Shown here: piece by piece, positions 47,517 through 56,224 of the stretch
How positions within the stretch are numbered: the first letter of the stretch is position 1
Layout: each line of letters opens with the position of its first letter
NCBI RefSeq assembly: GCF_051297115.1
Contig: NZ_JBEVAL010000010.1
Coordinates: 107 to 64,106 of the forward strand
Length of the DNA: 64,000 bases
Origin: Meiothermus cerbereus
GTDB lineage: Bacteria; Deinococcota; Deinococci; Deinococcales; Thermaceae
Reading direction: 5' to 3'
Notes under the pieces: model-generated
Told to the model about the DNA's origin: nothing
The model's database searches: none
What the model saw: the letters and a program-made list of their open reading frames with translations, nothing else
Program-made: the position numbers and the translations under genes

Positions 47517-48930
47517 TCTCCACCTTCTGGGCTTCCTGCTGCATTAGGTGCCACAACGCCTCCACGTGGCTGCGTTCGGTGCTTTCGACCCCAATCGAAA
47601 CCCGCACCATCCAGCGCCCTTTCAGCAAGGCTGGGGTGAGGAAGGCCCGGCCCGAGCGGTTGATGCGGGCCACCCAGTTTTGCGTGTGCTGATCGAGCTG
47701 CTCGGGCGAGAGGTGGCCCGGATTGTAGCGCACACAGAGCGTCTGGAAGGGCACCGGGGCCAGCAGTTCCCAGCCGGGGGTCTGCCGCACCTGGGCCTCG
47801 AGCCACCTGGCATTGGCTATGTCGCGCCGCAGGCGGGCTTGCAGTCCCTGAACCCCCTGGTCGCGCAGGGTGAACCAGAGTTTGAGGGCTCTGAAGCGCC
47901 GCCCCAGCGGGATGCCCCAGTCCTTGTAGTTTTTGACCTGCCCATCGGCGGCGGAGTGCAGGTAGGAGGGGTTGGTGGACATGGCCCGAATCAGGTGCTC
48001 CGGCTCACGCACGTAATAAAGCGAGCAATCGAAGGCTACCCCCAGCCATTTGTGGGGGTTGATGGCGATGGAATCGGCCTGTTCGATTCCGTCCCACAGG
48101 TGGCGGCACTCCGGCAAAATCATGGCGGAGCCGGCCATAGCGGCGTCCACGTGCAGCCAGAGGCCATAGCGCTGGCACAGTTTGGCAATTTCGCGCAGGG
48201 GGTCGATGGCGGTGGTATTGGTAGTGCCTACCGCCGCCACCACCGCGCAGGGCTTGCGGCCTTCGGCCAGGTCGCGCTTTAGGGCGGCCTCGAGCTGGTC
48301 TGGACACATGGCGTGGTTGTCATCGGTGCCGATGAGGCGCAGGTTCTCGCGGCCAAAGCCCGCCAGCAGCACGGCCTTGGGTACGGAGCTATGGGCCTGA
48401 TCGGAGGCGTAGACCGTTAGGGGTTGCGGCTCGGCCTGGAGCCCGCCCCGATCCTGGGACTGGCCGGTGGCCCACTCCCGGGCCGTAAGCAGCGCAACCA
48501 GCGTACCGCTGGAGGCGGTGTCCTGAATTACCCCTTGAAAATACTCGGGCAGGCCCAACATCTGCCGCAACCAGTCGGTCGTGACCTCCTCGAGCTCGGT
48601 CAGGGCTGGACTAGCCTGCCAGGTGATGCCGGTCTGGCCCAACCCAGTAGCTACCAGATCGGCCAGTACCGAAGACAGCGGGGCATTGGAAGGAAACCAG
48701 GCGAAGAAATTGGGGCTTTGCCAGTGGGTCAGGCCGGGAAAAAGGGCCATGAGGTCTTGCCGCACCTCTTCAAAGCCCACCGGCTGCTCGGGAGGTGTAG
48801 GGGAAAACAGGGCTTTGATGGCCCCAGGCTGCACTTGCGCCATCACGGGCTTGGCCTCGAGCCCGGCGCGGTACTCGGCTATAAAGTCAATCAGCTGGTA
48901 TCCCAGGCGCTTGAACTCTTCTGGCGTCAT
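47506..48930 (-). CDS. Group II PLP-dependent (aromatic-L-amino-acid/glutamate type) decarboxylase
   Basis: SGTLVALLTA, LHVDAAMAG and INPHKW (PLP lysine). Overlaps the downstream methyltransferase gene by 11 nt. Confidence 0.85.
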   Translation of the reverse strand: MTPEEFKRLGYQLIDFIAEYRAGLEAKPVMAQVQPGAIKALFSPTPPEQPVGFEEVRQDLMALFPGLTHWQSPNFFAWFPSNAPLSSVLADLVATGLGQTGITWQASPALTELEEVTTDWLRQMLGLPEYFQGVIQDTASSGTLVALLTAREWATGQSQDRGGLQAEPQPLTVYASDQAHSSVPKAVLLAGFGRENLRLIGTDDNHAMCPDQLEAALKRDLAEGRKPCAVVAAVGTTNTTAIDPLREIAKLCQRYGLWLHVDAAMAGSAMILPECRHLWDGIEQADSIAINPHKWLGVAFDCSLYYVREPEHLIRAMSTNPSYLHSAADGQVKNYKDWGIPLGRRFRALKLWFTLRDQGVQGLQARLRRDIANARWLEAQVRQTPGWELLAPVPFQTLCVRYNPGHLSPEQLDQHTQNWVARINRSGRAFLTPALLKGRWMVRVSIGVESTERSHVEALWHLMQQEAQKVEIET

Positions 48931-49114
48931 ACCCCAAGACTACCTGATCGTGCGCTTCACAGAGGTTGCTATGGCTTCAATCCCAACCAGACGGGCCTTT
49001 GCGACAGGTCAACCCGACCATTGCCGGGTAGATAAAGCCAGGCTCAAGGTCTATCCCAAGATTTCTTTAGTTTTCGCTCAAACTCAGATCCATAGCGCTG
49101 CCTAGCCTGAAGGC

Positions 49115-50770
49115 ATGGTGTTATTAAGACTGCTCATCCCGATTCTTCTGGCATTGCTGGCCCCAGTCACGCTGGCCGCACCTGCCCTGGTAGAAGTAAT
49201 TGTGGAACTTGATGGGCCACAACTACCCAAAGGGCAGGCCCGGGCCGAACTCACGCGTCTGCTCAAAGCCCACCTGGGCCAGATGCAAGGGCGGCTTAGC
49301 GTCAAGGCTAGCAAGGGGTTCTGGGCCAGTCAGAGCTTCCTGGTGCGCTTACCGGAGTCGCAGGTAAGTCGCCTGGCCCAGATTCCCGGGGTGCGACGGG
49401 TCTACCCAAACCGCCCGGTACATATCAGCCAGCCCGTAGCCTCGGCCCTTGCTAACCCGGTCAACAGTGGAAGCAACTGGGCCTTACAGCACATCGGCGT
49501 GCCTGGCCTGTGGGCGGCTGGGATGCGGGGTCAGGGCATCCGCATTGGCCACCTGGACACTGGGGTAGATGCATCCCACCCCGACCTGCGTGGGAAAATA
49601 GCCGCCTTTGCAGAGGTTGACACCGACGGCACAGCCCGCCCCAGCGACCCCTACGACTCCTCGCTGCACGGAACCTTTACTGCCGGTCTGCTGGTGGCCA
49701 ACAATGTGGGTGTGGCCCCAGAGGCACGCCTGGTTTCAGCTCTGGTCTTGCCGGGCGGCTACGGCACGCTGGCCCAGGTGCTGGGCGGCCTGGACTGGGT
49801 GCTCGAGCAAAACGTGCAAATCGTTTCGATGTCGCTGGGCCTCGAGGGGAGCTGGAGCGAGTTTGTGCCTGTGGTCGAACGCATGAAGCAAATGGGGGTA
49901 TTGCCAGTGTTTGCGGTAGGGAACTCCGGCGGCGCCCCGGCCTCCCCTGGCAACATGCCGGGGGTGCTGGCGGTAGGAGCCAGCAACCCCGCCAATCAGA
50001 TTGCTGGATTCAGCAGCCGCGGCGAGGTGCGCTGGGGCGCACCCTACCACACCGTGGTGAGCAAGCCCGACCTGGTTGCCCCGGGGGTGGACGTGCACTC
50101 AACCATTCCCGGCGGGCGCTATATGGCCATGAGTGGAACCTCCGTCAGCACCGCCATTGCTGCCGGCAGTGCGGCCTTGCTGATGTCCGGGGGCTTCAAG
50201 GCCGAGCAGGTGCGGCAAGCCCTGCTTAGTGCAGCGCTGCCCCTGTCATCTGCTGGCAGCGGCAGGGGCCTGATTCGGCTGGCAGAAGCGCTGGCTGCGC
50301 TAAAGCCCGCACCGCCCAGCAGCCCTCAGGTCGGCCAGCCAGCCCCAAACACCCCAGCAGATAGCCCGCCCATCCCCAAAAAATCCGCCCTTCTGGTGGT
50401 CGAAGCCTCCGAGGTAGACGCCGTAAAAAAGGCCCTGGATGGCCTGGGTTTTAGCAGTACCCTGGTTCAGGCAAGCCCTACAAAGCGGCCTGAGGCCGGA
50501 AAAGTGGCAGAATACCCACTGGTCGTCTGGGTTCTGCCGCCCGACTGGAGCAACCACTGGCCAGAAACCCAGCGCAAGATGCTGCGGGCCTACGTGGAGC
50601 AGGGCGGCAGGCTGATGCTCATAACCAACGACCCCAGCCAGCGCCCCCTGGCCGAGTCCAGCACCTTTGGTAAAGGCAAGGCCAGCTTTGTCAGCGGCGA
50701 CCTGGGCCGTATGGGCCTCGAGCAGCAGGCGCAGGTTTTGCAGGGCCTCATCCAGCAGCTCCTGCGCTAA
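49115..50770 (+). CDS. Secreted S8 (subtilisin-like) serine peptidase with C-terminal extra domain
   Basis: Signal peptide, then catalytic triad motifs HLDTGVD, HGT and GTSVSTA. Confidence 0.85.
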   Translation: MVLLRLLIPILLALLAPVTLAAPALVEVIVELDGPQLPKGQARAELTRLLKAHLGQMQGRLSVKASKGFWASQSFLVRLPESQVSRLAQIPGVRRVYPNRPVHISQPVASALANPVNSGSNWALQHIGVPGLWAAGMRGQGIRIGHLDTGVDASHPDLRGKIAAFAEVDTDGTARPSDPYDSSLHGTFTAGLLVANNVGVAPEARLVSALVLPGGYGTLAQVLGGLDWVLEQNVQIVSMSLGLEGSWSEFVPVVERMKQMGVLPVFAVGNSGGAPASPGNMPGVLAVGASNPANQIAGFSSRGEVRWGAPYHTVVSKPDLVAPGVDVHSTIPGGRYMAMSGTSVSTAIAAGSAALLMSGGFKAEQVRQALLSAALPLSSAGSGRGLIRLAEALAALKPAPPSSPQVGQPAPNTPADSPPIPKKSALLVVEASEVDAVKKALDGLGFSSTLVQASPTKRPEAGKVAEYPLVVWVLPPDWSNHWPETQRKMLRAYVEQGGRLMLITNDPSQRPLAESSTFGKGKASFVSGDLGRMGLEQQAQVLQGLIQQLLR

Positions 50771-50913
50771 GGCTGGCCCAGTTAAGCCGAAGAAAACCTT
50801 GCGCCCTTGATGCGTTCCTTTTGCTTTGGCCTTGGCGCGAGCATTTTTCAGACTGGGTCGGTTTCGTCCTATACCGTTAGCCCGGTTTTTGTGATTTTGG
50901 CATGAAAACTCAG

Positions 50914-50938
50914 GTCACAGTAGTCTGCAATCTGTGAC
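50914..50938. promoter_or_regulatory. Palindromic operator candidate GTCACAG-N11-CTGTGAC
   Basis: Perfect 7-bp arms in the AT-richer intergenic region upstream of the racemase cluster. Confidence 0.4.
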
Positions 50939-51017
50939 TTTGTTCACTATACTGACGCTTGTGAAAACCGTCTACACCGACCATCCGGTACACTTACTGG
51001 GCTTTTCGCATCCAGCG

Positions 51018-51026
51018 TGTTAGCAT
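51018..51026 (+). promoter_or_regulatory. Extended -10 box (TGtTAGCAT) 6 nt before the ATG, implying a leaderless transcript
   Basis: The sequence gcgTGTTAGCATacaggcATG has no SD. Confidence 0.5.
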
Positions 51027-51032
51027 ACAGGC

Positions 51033-52145
51033 ATGAAAATCGAAGCAGCCGACCTCCGCCTGATCTCGCTACCACTCAAGTTTCGCTTCGAGACCTCCTT
51101 TGGGGTGCAGACCATGCGTCACCTTATCGTCCTGACGCTCTACGGCGAGGGCCTCGAGGGCTACGCCGAGACCGTGATGGAGTTCACACCCCACTACCGC
51201 GAGGAGACCATCCCAGGGGCCTGGGCGCTGTTGGAAGAGCTGCTGCTTCCCAAAGTGCTGGGCAAAGACTTCGCCAACCCCGAGCAGCTCTGGGGCGAGA
51301 TTGCCGGCTTTAGGGGCAACAAGATGACCAAGGCGGCCCTCGAGATGGCCTTCTGGGACCTCTGGTGCAAAAGCCTGGGACAGCCCCTCTGGAAGGTGTT
51401 GGGCGGTGTGCGAACCGAGATTCCGGTGGGCATCAGCCTGGGGATAGAACCCAGCCTCGAGGCCACTCTCGAGAAGGTGGGCCGGGGACTGGCGGAAGGT
51501 TATAAGCGCATCAAGCTGAAAATAAAGCCCGGCTGGGACGTCAAGGTGGTGATGGCGGTGCGCGAAGCCTACCCCGAGGCCAGCCTCACCGTAGACGCCA
51601 ACTCGGCCTACAGCCTAAACGATATTGCCACCTTCAAGGCCCTGGACGCCGCCGGGCTGGACTATATCGAGCAGCCCCTGGCCTTCGACGACATCCTGGA
51701 CCACGCCAAGTTGCAGGCGGCCATCTCCACCTCCATCTGCTTAGACGAGTCCATCACCTCGCCCGAGGACGCCCGCAAAGCCCTGGAAATTGGGGCCGGG
51801 CGGGTGATTAACCTCAAGCCGGGGCGGGTGGGCGGTATCCTGGCCAGCCGCAAGATTCACGACATCACCCAGAGCTACGGCCTGCCGGTCTGGATGGGCG
51901 GGATGCTGGAGGCCGGCATTGGCCGCGCCGCCAACATCCACGTGGCCACGTTGCCCATGTTCATCAAGCCAGGCGATACCAGCAGCGCCAGCCGCTACTG
52001 GCAGGAGGACATCATCGAGGAGGCCCTCGAGGCCACCAGCGGCCTGATGCCTGTGCCGCAAGGCCCCGGCCTGGGCATCACGCTGAAGCGCGACCTGATT
52101 CAAAGCCTGACCGAGAAATCGGCCTATGTGACCCCCCGGAGCTAA
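51033..52145 (+). CDS. Enolase-superfamily o-succinylbenzoate synthase / N-acylamino-acid racemase family enzyme
   Basis: MLE-subgroup architecture with KLKIKPG and DANSAY..., IEQPL, LDES metal-ligand spacing. Confidence 0.85.
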   Translation: MKIEAADLRLISLPLKFRFETSFGVQTMRHLIVLTLYGEGLEGYAETVMEFTPHYREETIPGAWALLEELLLPKVLGKDFANPEQLWGEIAGFRGNKMTKAALEMAFWDLWCKSLGQPLWKVLGGVRTEIPVGISLGIEPSLEATLEKVGRGLAEGYKRIKLKIKPGWDVKVVMAVREAYPEASLTVDANSAYSLNDIATFKALDAAGLDYIEQPLAFDDILDHAKLQAAISTSICLDESITSPEDARKALEIGAGRVINLKPGRVGGILASRKIHDITQSYGLPVWMGGMLEAGIGRAANIHVATLPMFIKPGDTSSASRYWQEDIIEEALEATSGLMPVPQGPGLGITLKRDLIQSLTEKSAYVTPRS

Positions 52146-52166
52146 AACGCCCAACGCCCTCGCCTT

Positions 52167-52961
52167 ATGAACGTTGTGATTCGTGAACTGCACGAACCCG
52201 AGGAAATAGCACAAATTCCCCGGCTCGAGCAGGCCATCTGGAACGACCCCAGCGACACCATCCGCCCCGGCACCCTGATGGCCCTGGTGCATGAGGGAGC
52301 TTTGCTGGCAGGGGCCTATGTGCCCGAGCCCAACGCCACCGAGCGCCTGGTGGGCTTCATCTTCGGCTTCCCCACCGACCGCCCGAGCGAACACCACTCC
52401 CACATGGCCGGGGTCTTGCCGGAGTTTCAGGGCAGCCAGATTGGCCTCCTGCTCAAGCGTTACCAGCGCGACTGGGCCTTGAGCAAGGGCTACCTGCGGG
52501 TGGTCTGGACCTTCGACCCGTTGCGGAGCCTCAACGCCCATTTCAACCTTCGCAAGCTGGGGGCTACTTTCAACCGCTATATCCCCAACTGCTACGGCAC
52601 TATGGGCGGCATCAATGCGGGCGCACCTTCCGACCGGGCCTACGCGGTATGGGAGCTCTGCTCCCCCAGGGTTTTTCAGCGCATCTACGCCCCCGCCCCT
52701 GCCTTTGACCCCAGGGGCCTGCCCCAGGCCAACCAGATCGAAAGAGAGGTGCCAGTAGGGCTCGAGCTGAGCCTGACCGAAAAGCACGTCCTGGTACAGA
52801 TACCCGAGAACTGGGGCCAGATCTTGCAAACCAACCCGCCCCTGGCCCAGCTTTGGCGCACCCACAGCCGCGAGGTCTTCGAGCACTACTTCCAGCAGGG
52901 CTACCGGGCGGTGGACTTTGTGCGAAACCCCAACCGCTACGTGCTGGAACGGGACGATTGA
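52167..52961 (+). CDS. GNAT-fold acyltransferase-like protein (possible amino-acid N-succinyl/acetyltransferase)
   Basis: 264 aa, 21 nt downstream of the racemase-like gene. The Q/RxxGxG-like stretch is EFQGSQIG. The functional assignment is inference from context. Confidence 0.6.
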   Translation: MNVVIRELHEPEEIAQIPRLEQAIWNDPSDTIRPGTLMALVHEGALLAGAYVPEPNATERLVGFIFGFPTDRPSEHHSHMAGVLPEFQGSQIGLLLKRYQRDWALSKGYLRVVWTFDPLRSLNAHFNLRKLGATFNRYIPNCYGTMGGINAGAPSDRAYAVWELCSPRVFQRIYAPAPAFDPRGLPQANQIEREVPVGLELSLTEKHVLVQIPENWGQILQTNPPLAQLWRTHSREVFEHYFQQGYRAVDFVRNPNRYVLERDD

Positions 52962-53018
52962 GCCAGACATCATCGGGAGGATAACCTGATACTCAAGCCT
53001 GAAATCTGGACTGCTGAG

Positions 53019-54095
53019 GTGGTGTATGCGGGCTTTGGCACGCCCATGCTCGAGGGGGGCCTGGTGGTGGTGGGCCAGCATGTAGCGGCAGTGGGTCAAC
53101 TGGCCGAGCTGCAGCAAGCCTATCCTGATACGCCATTGGTGCACAAAGGCAAAGCCCTCACGCCGCCGGTGGTGAACGCCCACACCCACCTGGATCTGTC
53201 CACGGTTCCATATTTTCGAGGAAGCTACAGCAGCTTCATCAGGCACGTGATTGACCACGCTTCCGAACGCAACGTAAAGGCTGCCGAACGAGGCCTGCGC
53301 GAACTTCAGGCGCTCGGTGTAGGCGGCTTTGGCGACATCGTGTACAAGCCCGAGGTGCTCACATGGCTCCTAGAACATAGCCCACTCCCAGGGGTGCTTT
53401 ACCTGGAAGTGATCAACCGAAACCCCAGTCAGGCAGATTCGGTGGCGAAAAAAGTCGCCCAGCAGTTATCGGACTGGAGGCAGCAGAATAGTCAAGTTGG
53501 GGTGGGCATTTCGCCCCACACCCCGTACAACGTGAGCGCGGCTCTGCTCAAAAAGCTGGTGGAGATTGCCCGGCTGGAGGGCTTCCCCCTGCAGATGCAC
53601 GTGGCCGAAAGCCCCGAGGAGACCGAGCTGATGACCCAGGGCAGCGGGGCGCTACAGGAAGTACCCCTGCAGTATGGCTTTCCCGCTTATCAGGACTGGC
53701 CTGGCCTCACCCCCGTGCGCTATCTGGCCGAACTGGGGGTGCTGGGGCCGCACCTAACCATCGTGCACGGGGTTCAGGTAGACGAAGAGGAGGTGCAGAT
53801 GCTGGCCCAGTCGGGAACCCGCCTGGTTTCCTGCCCGCGCAGCAACGAGGGCCTGGCCTGTGGCTCGCTGCCCTGGACGCTGTACCTGAAGCATCGCCTC
53901 GAGCCCGCCCTGGGCACCGACTCAAAGAGCAGCAGCCCCGACCTGGACGTGCGAAAGGAGGCGCTTTTCTTGTGGAAACAGGTAGACCCCAGGGTGCTGG
54001 TGCGGGCTGCAACCCGCAACGGCTACCGGGTGCTGGGCCTCGAGGCCCCGCGCATCACCCGCGGAACACCAATTTCCCAAGTACAATCCTGGTAG
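53019..54095 (+). CDS. Amidohydrolase-superfamily metal-dependent hydrolase
   Basis: VNAHTHLD metal-binding HxH motif, then downstream MHVAES and GTDS motifs. Confidence 0.75.
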   Translation: MVYAGFGTPMLEGGLVVVGQHVAAVGQLAELQQAYPDTPLVHKGKALTPPVVNAHTHLDLSTVPYFRGSYSSFIRHVIDHASERNVKAAERGLRELQALGVGGFGDIVYKPEVLTWLLEHSPLPGVLYLEVINRNPSQADSVAKKVAQQLSDWRQQNSQVGVGISPHTPYNVSAALLKKLVEIARLEGFPLQMHVAESPEETELMTQGSGALQEVPLQYGFPAYQDWPGLTPVRYLAELGVLGPHLTIVHGVQVDEEEVQMLAQSGTRLVSCPRSNEGLACGSLPWTLYLKHRLEPALGTDSKSSSPDLDVRKEALFLWKQVDPRVLVRAATRNGYRVLGLEAPRITRGTPISQVQSW

Positions 54096-54138
54096 TGAGC
54101 ACAGCGGTTGCAAAACACCGCGCAACGCCCAAAACACT

Positions 54139-55470
54139 ATGCAGATTGGTTCACTCATCCTCTATAGCGCATTCGTCGGGGCTTTAACCGGCGTTTTTGC
54201 TGCTGGGTTTGTATTCATCTTGCAGCTGATCGAGCGCTACCTGCTGGGTGAAACCCTGGGCTACCTGCCGCCCGGCCTGCCCGGCGAGGGTGGGCTGTCC
54301 CAGGTTTTTCGTGGGCCGACCTTCTGGTGGCTGGCCCTGCTGCTGCCCCTGGCCTTCGCAGCCTCGAGCTATCTGGGTTCGGGCCGAGGGCTGGGCTGGC
54401 TTTTAGCGGCCTACCGGGCAGGCCGCCCGGTACGGGCCATTGAGTACTTTCGGGGCATTATCGGTTCGCTGGTTCAGTTAGGGGCAGGCTCACCCCTGGG
54501 TCGTGAAGGGCCCATGGCCGCCCTGGGCTTGTGGGTAGGCGGTGCGCTGGGGCGGCGCATCCCGTTGGGGGAGTCGAGCCGGTTCCTGCCATTTGCGGGG
54601 ATGGCTGCAGGGTTCGCCGCAGCCTTTCATGCACCCATGGCCGGCGCCCTGCTGGCTAGTGAAATTGTCTACCGGGGGCTGGCCCTCGAGGTCGGTGCCT
54701 TGGCCCCAGCGCTGATTGGGGCCCTGGCCGGCTTTACCGTGTATGGGCTTTTTCATGGCTACGGGCCGCTGCTCGAGCTGCCCCCAGGACCACTGGAATG
54801 GCCCCAGCTCTTGTTTGGCCTGGCCATCGGGCTGGTGTGCGCCGGGGTAGGGACGCTCTGGCTCGAGTCCGAGCGGGTTTTGCAGCGCTACTTAAGGCGC
54901 ATCGGGTTTGGCCTACGCCACGCCCTGTTCGGCCTGGTGCTGGCAGTGGTGTTGCTGCTCATGCCCGAGGCCATCGGCAATGGGCTGCCCTGGGTACAGC
55001 TCGGCACCTCACCCATCCTGACGCTGCCTTTTTTGGGTGTGCTGTTCCTGGTACAGCTGGCCTTGCTGATACTGGGTGGCGGTGTGCGGGCCTACGGCGG
55101 TCGGCTAACCCCGGCCCTGACCCTGGGCGGCCTTAGCGGGCTGATTCTGGCCCAGCTTCTGGGCGAGGTTTTTCCCTCCATTGCCCCCTCGCCCCAGACC
55201 GCTGCGCTGGTGGGTATGGCCTCGCTTCTGGCCGGTATCGCCCGTGCACCCTTTGCCGCAGTGGTGCTGGCAGGCGAAATTGGCGGGTATAGCCTGTTGC
55301 CGCTCACGCTGATTGGCGCATTCGCGGCCTATACCTTTACCAGCCCACGGGGAAGTTTTGAGGATGTGGAGCTCAACCAAGATAAGGAAGCGCCAGCGGA
55401 GCCTCCGCTTGAAAACGCTCCGCAAACTTTACTGAAGCCTCCGCCCCCAGCCTCGAGCGATTCGCCCTGA
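54139..55470 (+). CDS. ClC family voltage-gated chloride channel / H+-Cl- antiporter
   Basis: GREGP selectivity-filter motif, the GxFxP-like stretch FHAPMAG, and multiple TM helices. Confidence 0.85.
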   Translation: MQIGSLILYSAFVGALTGVFAAGFVFILQLIERYLLGETLGYLPPGLPGEGGLSQVFRGPTFWWLALLLPLAFAASSYLGSGRGLGWLLAAYRAGRPVRAIEYFRGIIGSLVQLGAGSPLGREGPMAALGLWVGGALGRRIPLGESSRFLPFAGMAAGFAAAFHAPMAGALLASEIVYRGLALEVGALAPALIGALAGFTVYGLFHGYGPLLELPPGPLEWPQLLFGLAIGLVCAGVGTLWLESERVLQRYLRRIGFGLRHALFGLVLAVVLLLMPEAIGNGLPWVQLGTSPILTLPFLGVLFLVQLALLILGGGVRAYGGRLTPALTLGGLSGLILAQLLGEVFPSIAPSPQTAALVGMASLLAGIARAPFAAVVLAGEIGGYSLLPLTLIGAFAAYTFTSPRGSFEDVELNQDKEAPAEPPLENAPQTLLKPPPPASSDSP

Positions 55471-56038
55471 AGGCCTCCAGGCTGTACTCCCACTGGTAAA
55501 AGTCGCGGTAAAAACTGAACACCTGTTCGGCCACCGCCTGACCCTCCTCGCCCACATCCACATACACCGCTGGCCTGGGAATATCACTGCGGTAGTAGTG
55601 CAGCAACCGCACCGGCTTGCGGTGTGGCTGCCCCACCAGCTTGGGAATGCGGCAGAACTTAAGCGCCGAGAGGGTAGCCCAGTAGGCGGCCCGGTGGTCG
55701 GGGTGGACATCGTAGGGGTTCCAGGTAAAGACCACATCGGGCTTCCAGGCCGCCATCACCTGGGCGATGGCCAGGGCCTCTTCGCGGCCTCCGGTCAGGC
55801 TCGAGTCGGCAAAGTCGAGAAACTGCGCCTCTGCGCCAATCATCTGGGCCACGGTACGCCCGTGCCCCTCGCGGATACGCGCGACCTCTTCGGGGGACAT
55901 CTGGCCAAACTGGCTGGCCAGCTCCCCCCGGGTAAGCCAGAGAATCCTGGCTGCGTCGCCCCGCATTACATGCTTGGCCAGTGTGCCACAAACGCCTATT
56001 TCATCGTCTGGATGAGGAAAGACAGCTAGCAAGCGCAC
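55373..56038 (-). CDS. PIG-L/LmbE family deacetylase (BshB-like)
   Basis: LAVFPHPDDEIG and HPDH zinc-ligand motifs. GTG 56038 is preferred because the ORF-track N-terminus (to 56089) overlies the tRNA-Ser promoter. Confidence 0.78.
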   Translation of the reverse strand: MRLLAVFPHPDDEIGVCGTLAKHVMRGDAARILWLTRGELASQFGQMSPEEVARIREGHGRTVAQMIGAEAQFLDFADSSLTGGREEALAIAQVMAAWKPDVVFTWNPYDVHPDHRAAYWATLSALKFCRIPKLVGQPHRKPVRLLHYYRSDIPRPAVYVDVGEEGQAVAEQVFSFYRDFYQWEYSLEAFRANRSRLGAEASVKFAERFQAEAPLALPYLG

Positions 56039-56061
56039 GCACAAGAGTATATCGCCAAAGC

Positions 56062-56090
56062 TTGACGCTCCTAATACTGCCCTGTACACT
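56062..56090 (+). promoter_or_regulatory. Promoter of tRNA-Ser
   Basis: TTGACG (56062-56067), a 17-nt spacer, and TACACT (56085-56090), 12 nt upstream of the tRNA 5' end. Confidence 0.65.
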
Positions 56091-56102
56091 CAACGTTGCC
56101 CT

Positions 56103-56193
<91 letters not shown>

Positions 56194-56194
56194 G

Positions 56195-56224
56195 AAAAGC
56201 CATCCGCTAGCGGATGGCTTTTTT
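56195..56224. terminator. Bidirectional intrinsic terminator (tRNA-Ser and the convergent aminotransferase gene)
   Basis: AAAA, then stem agccatccg, loop ctag, stem cggatggct, then TTTTT. The perfect 9-bp stem is flanked by A-run and T-run. Confidence 0.8.

Noticed and set aside
51741-53258. 505-aa minus-strand ORF
   Set aside because: It spans three well-supported + strand genes (racemase-like, GNAT-like, amidohydrolase) in antisense. It has no motifs and shadow-type composition.
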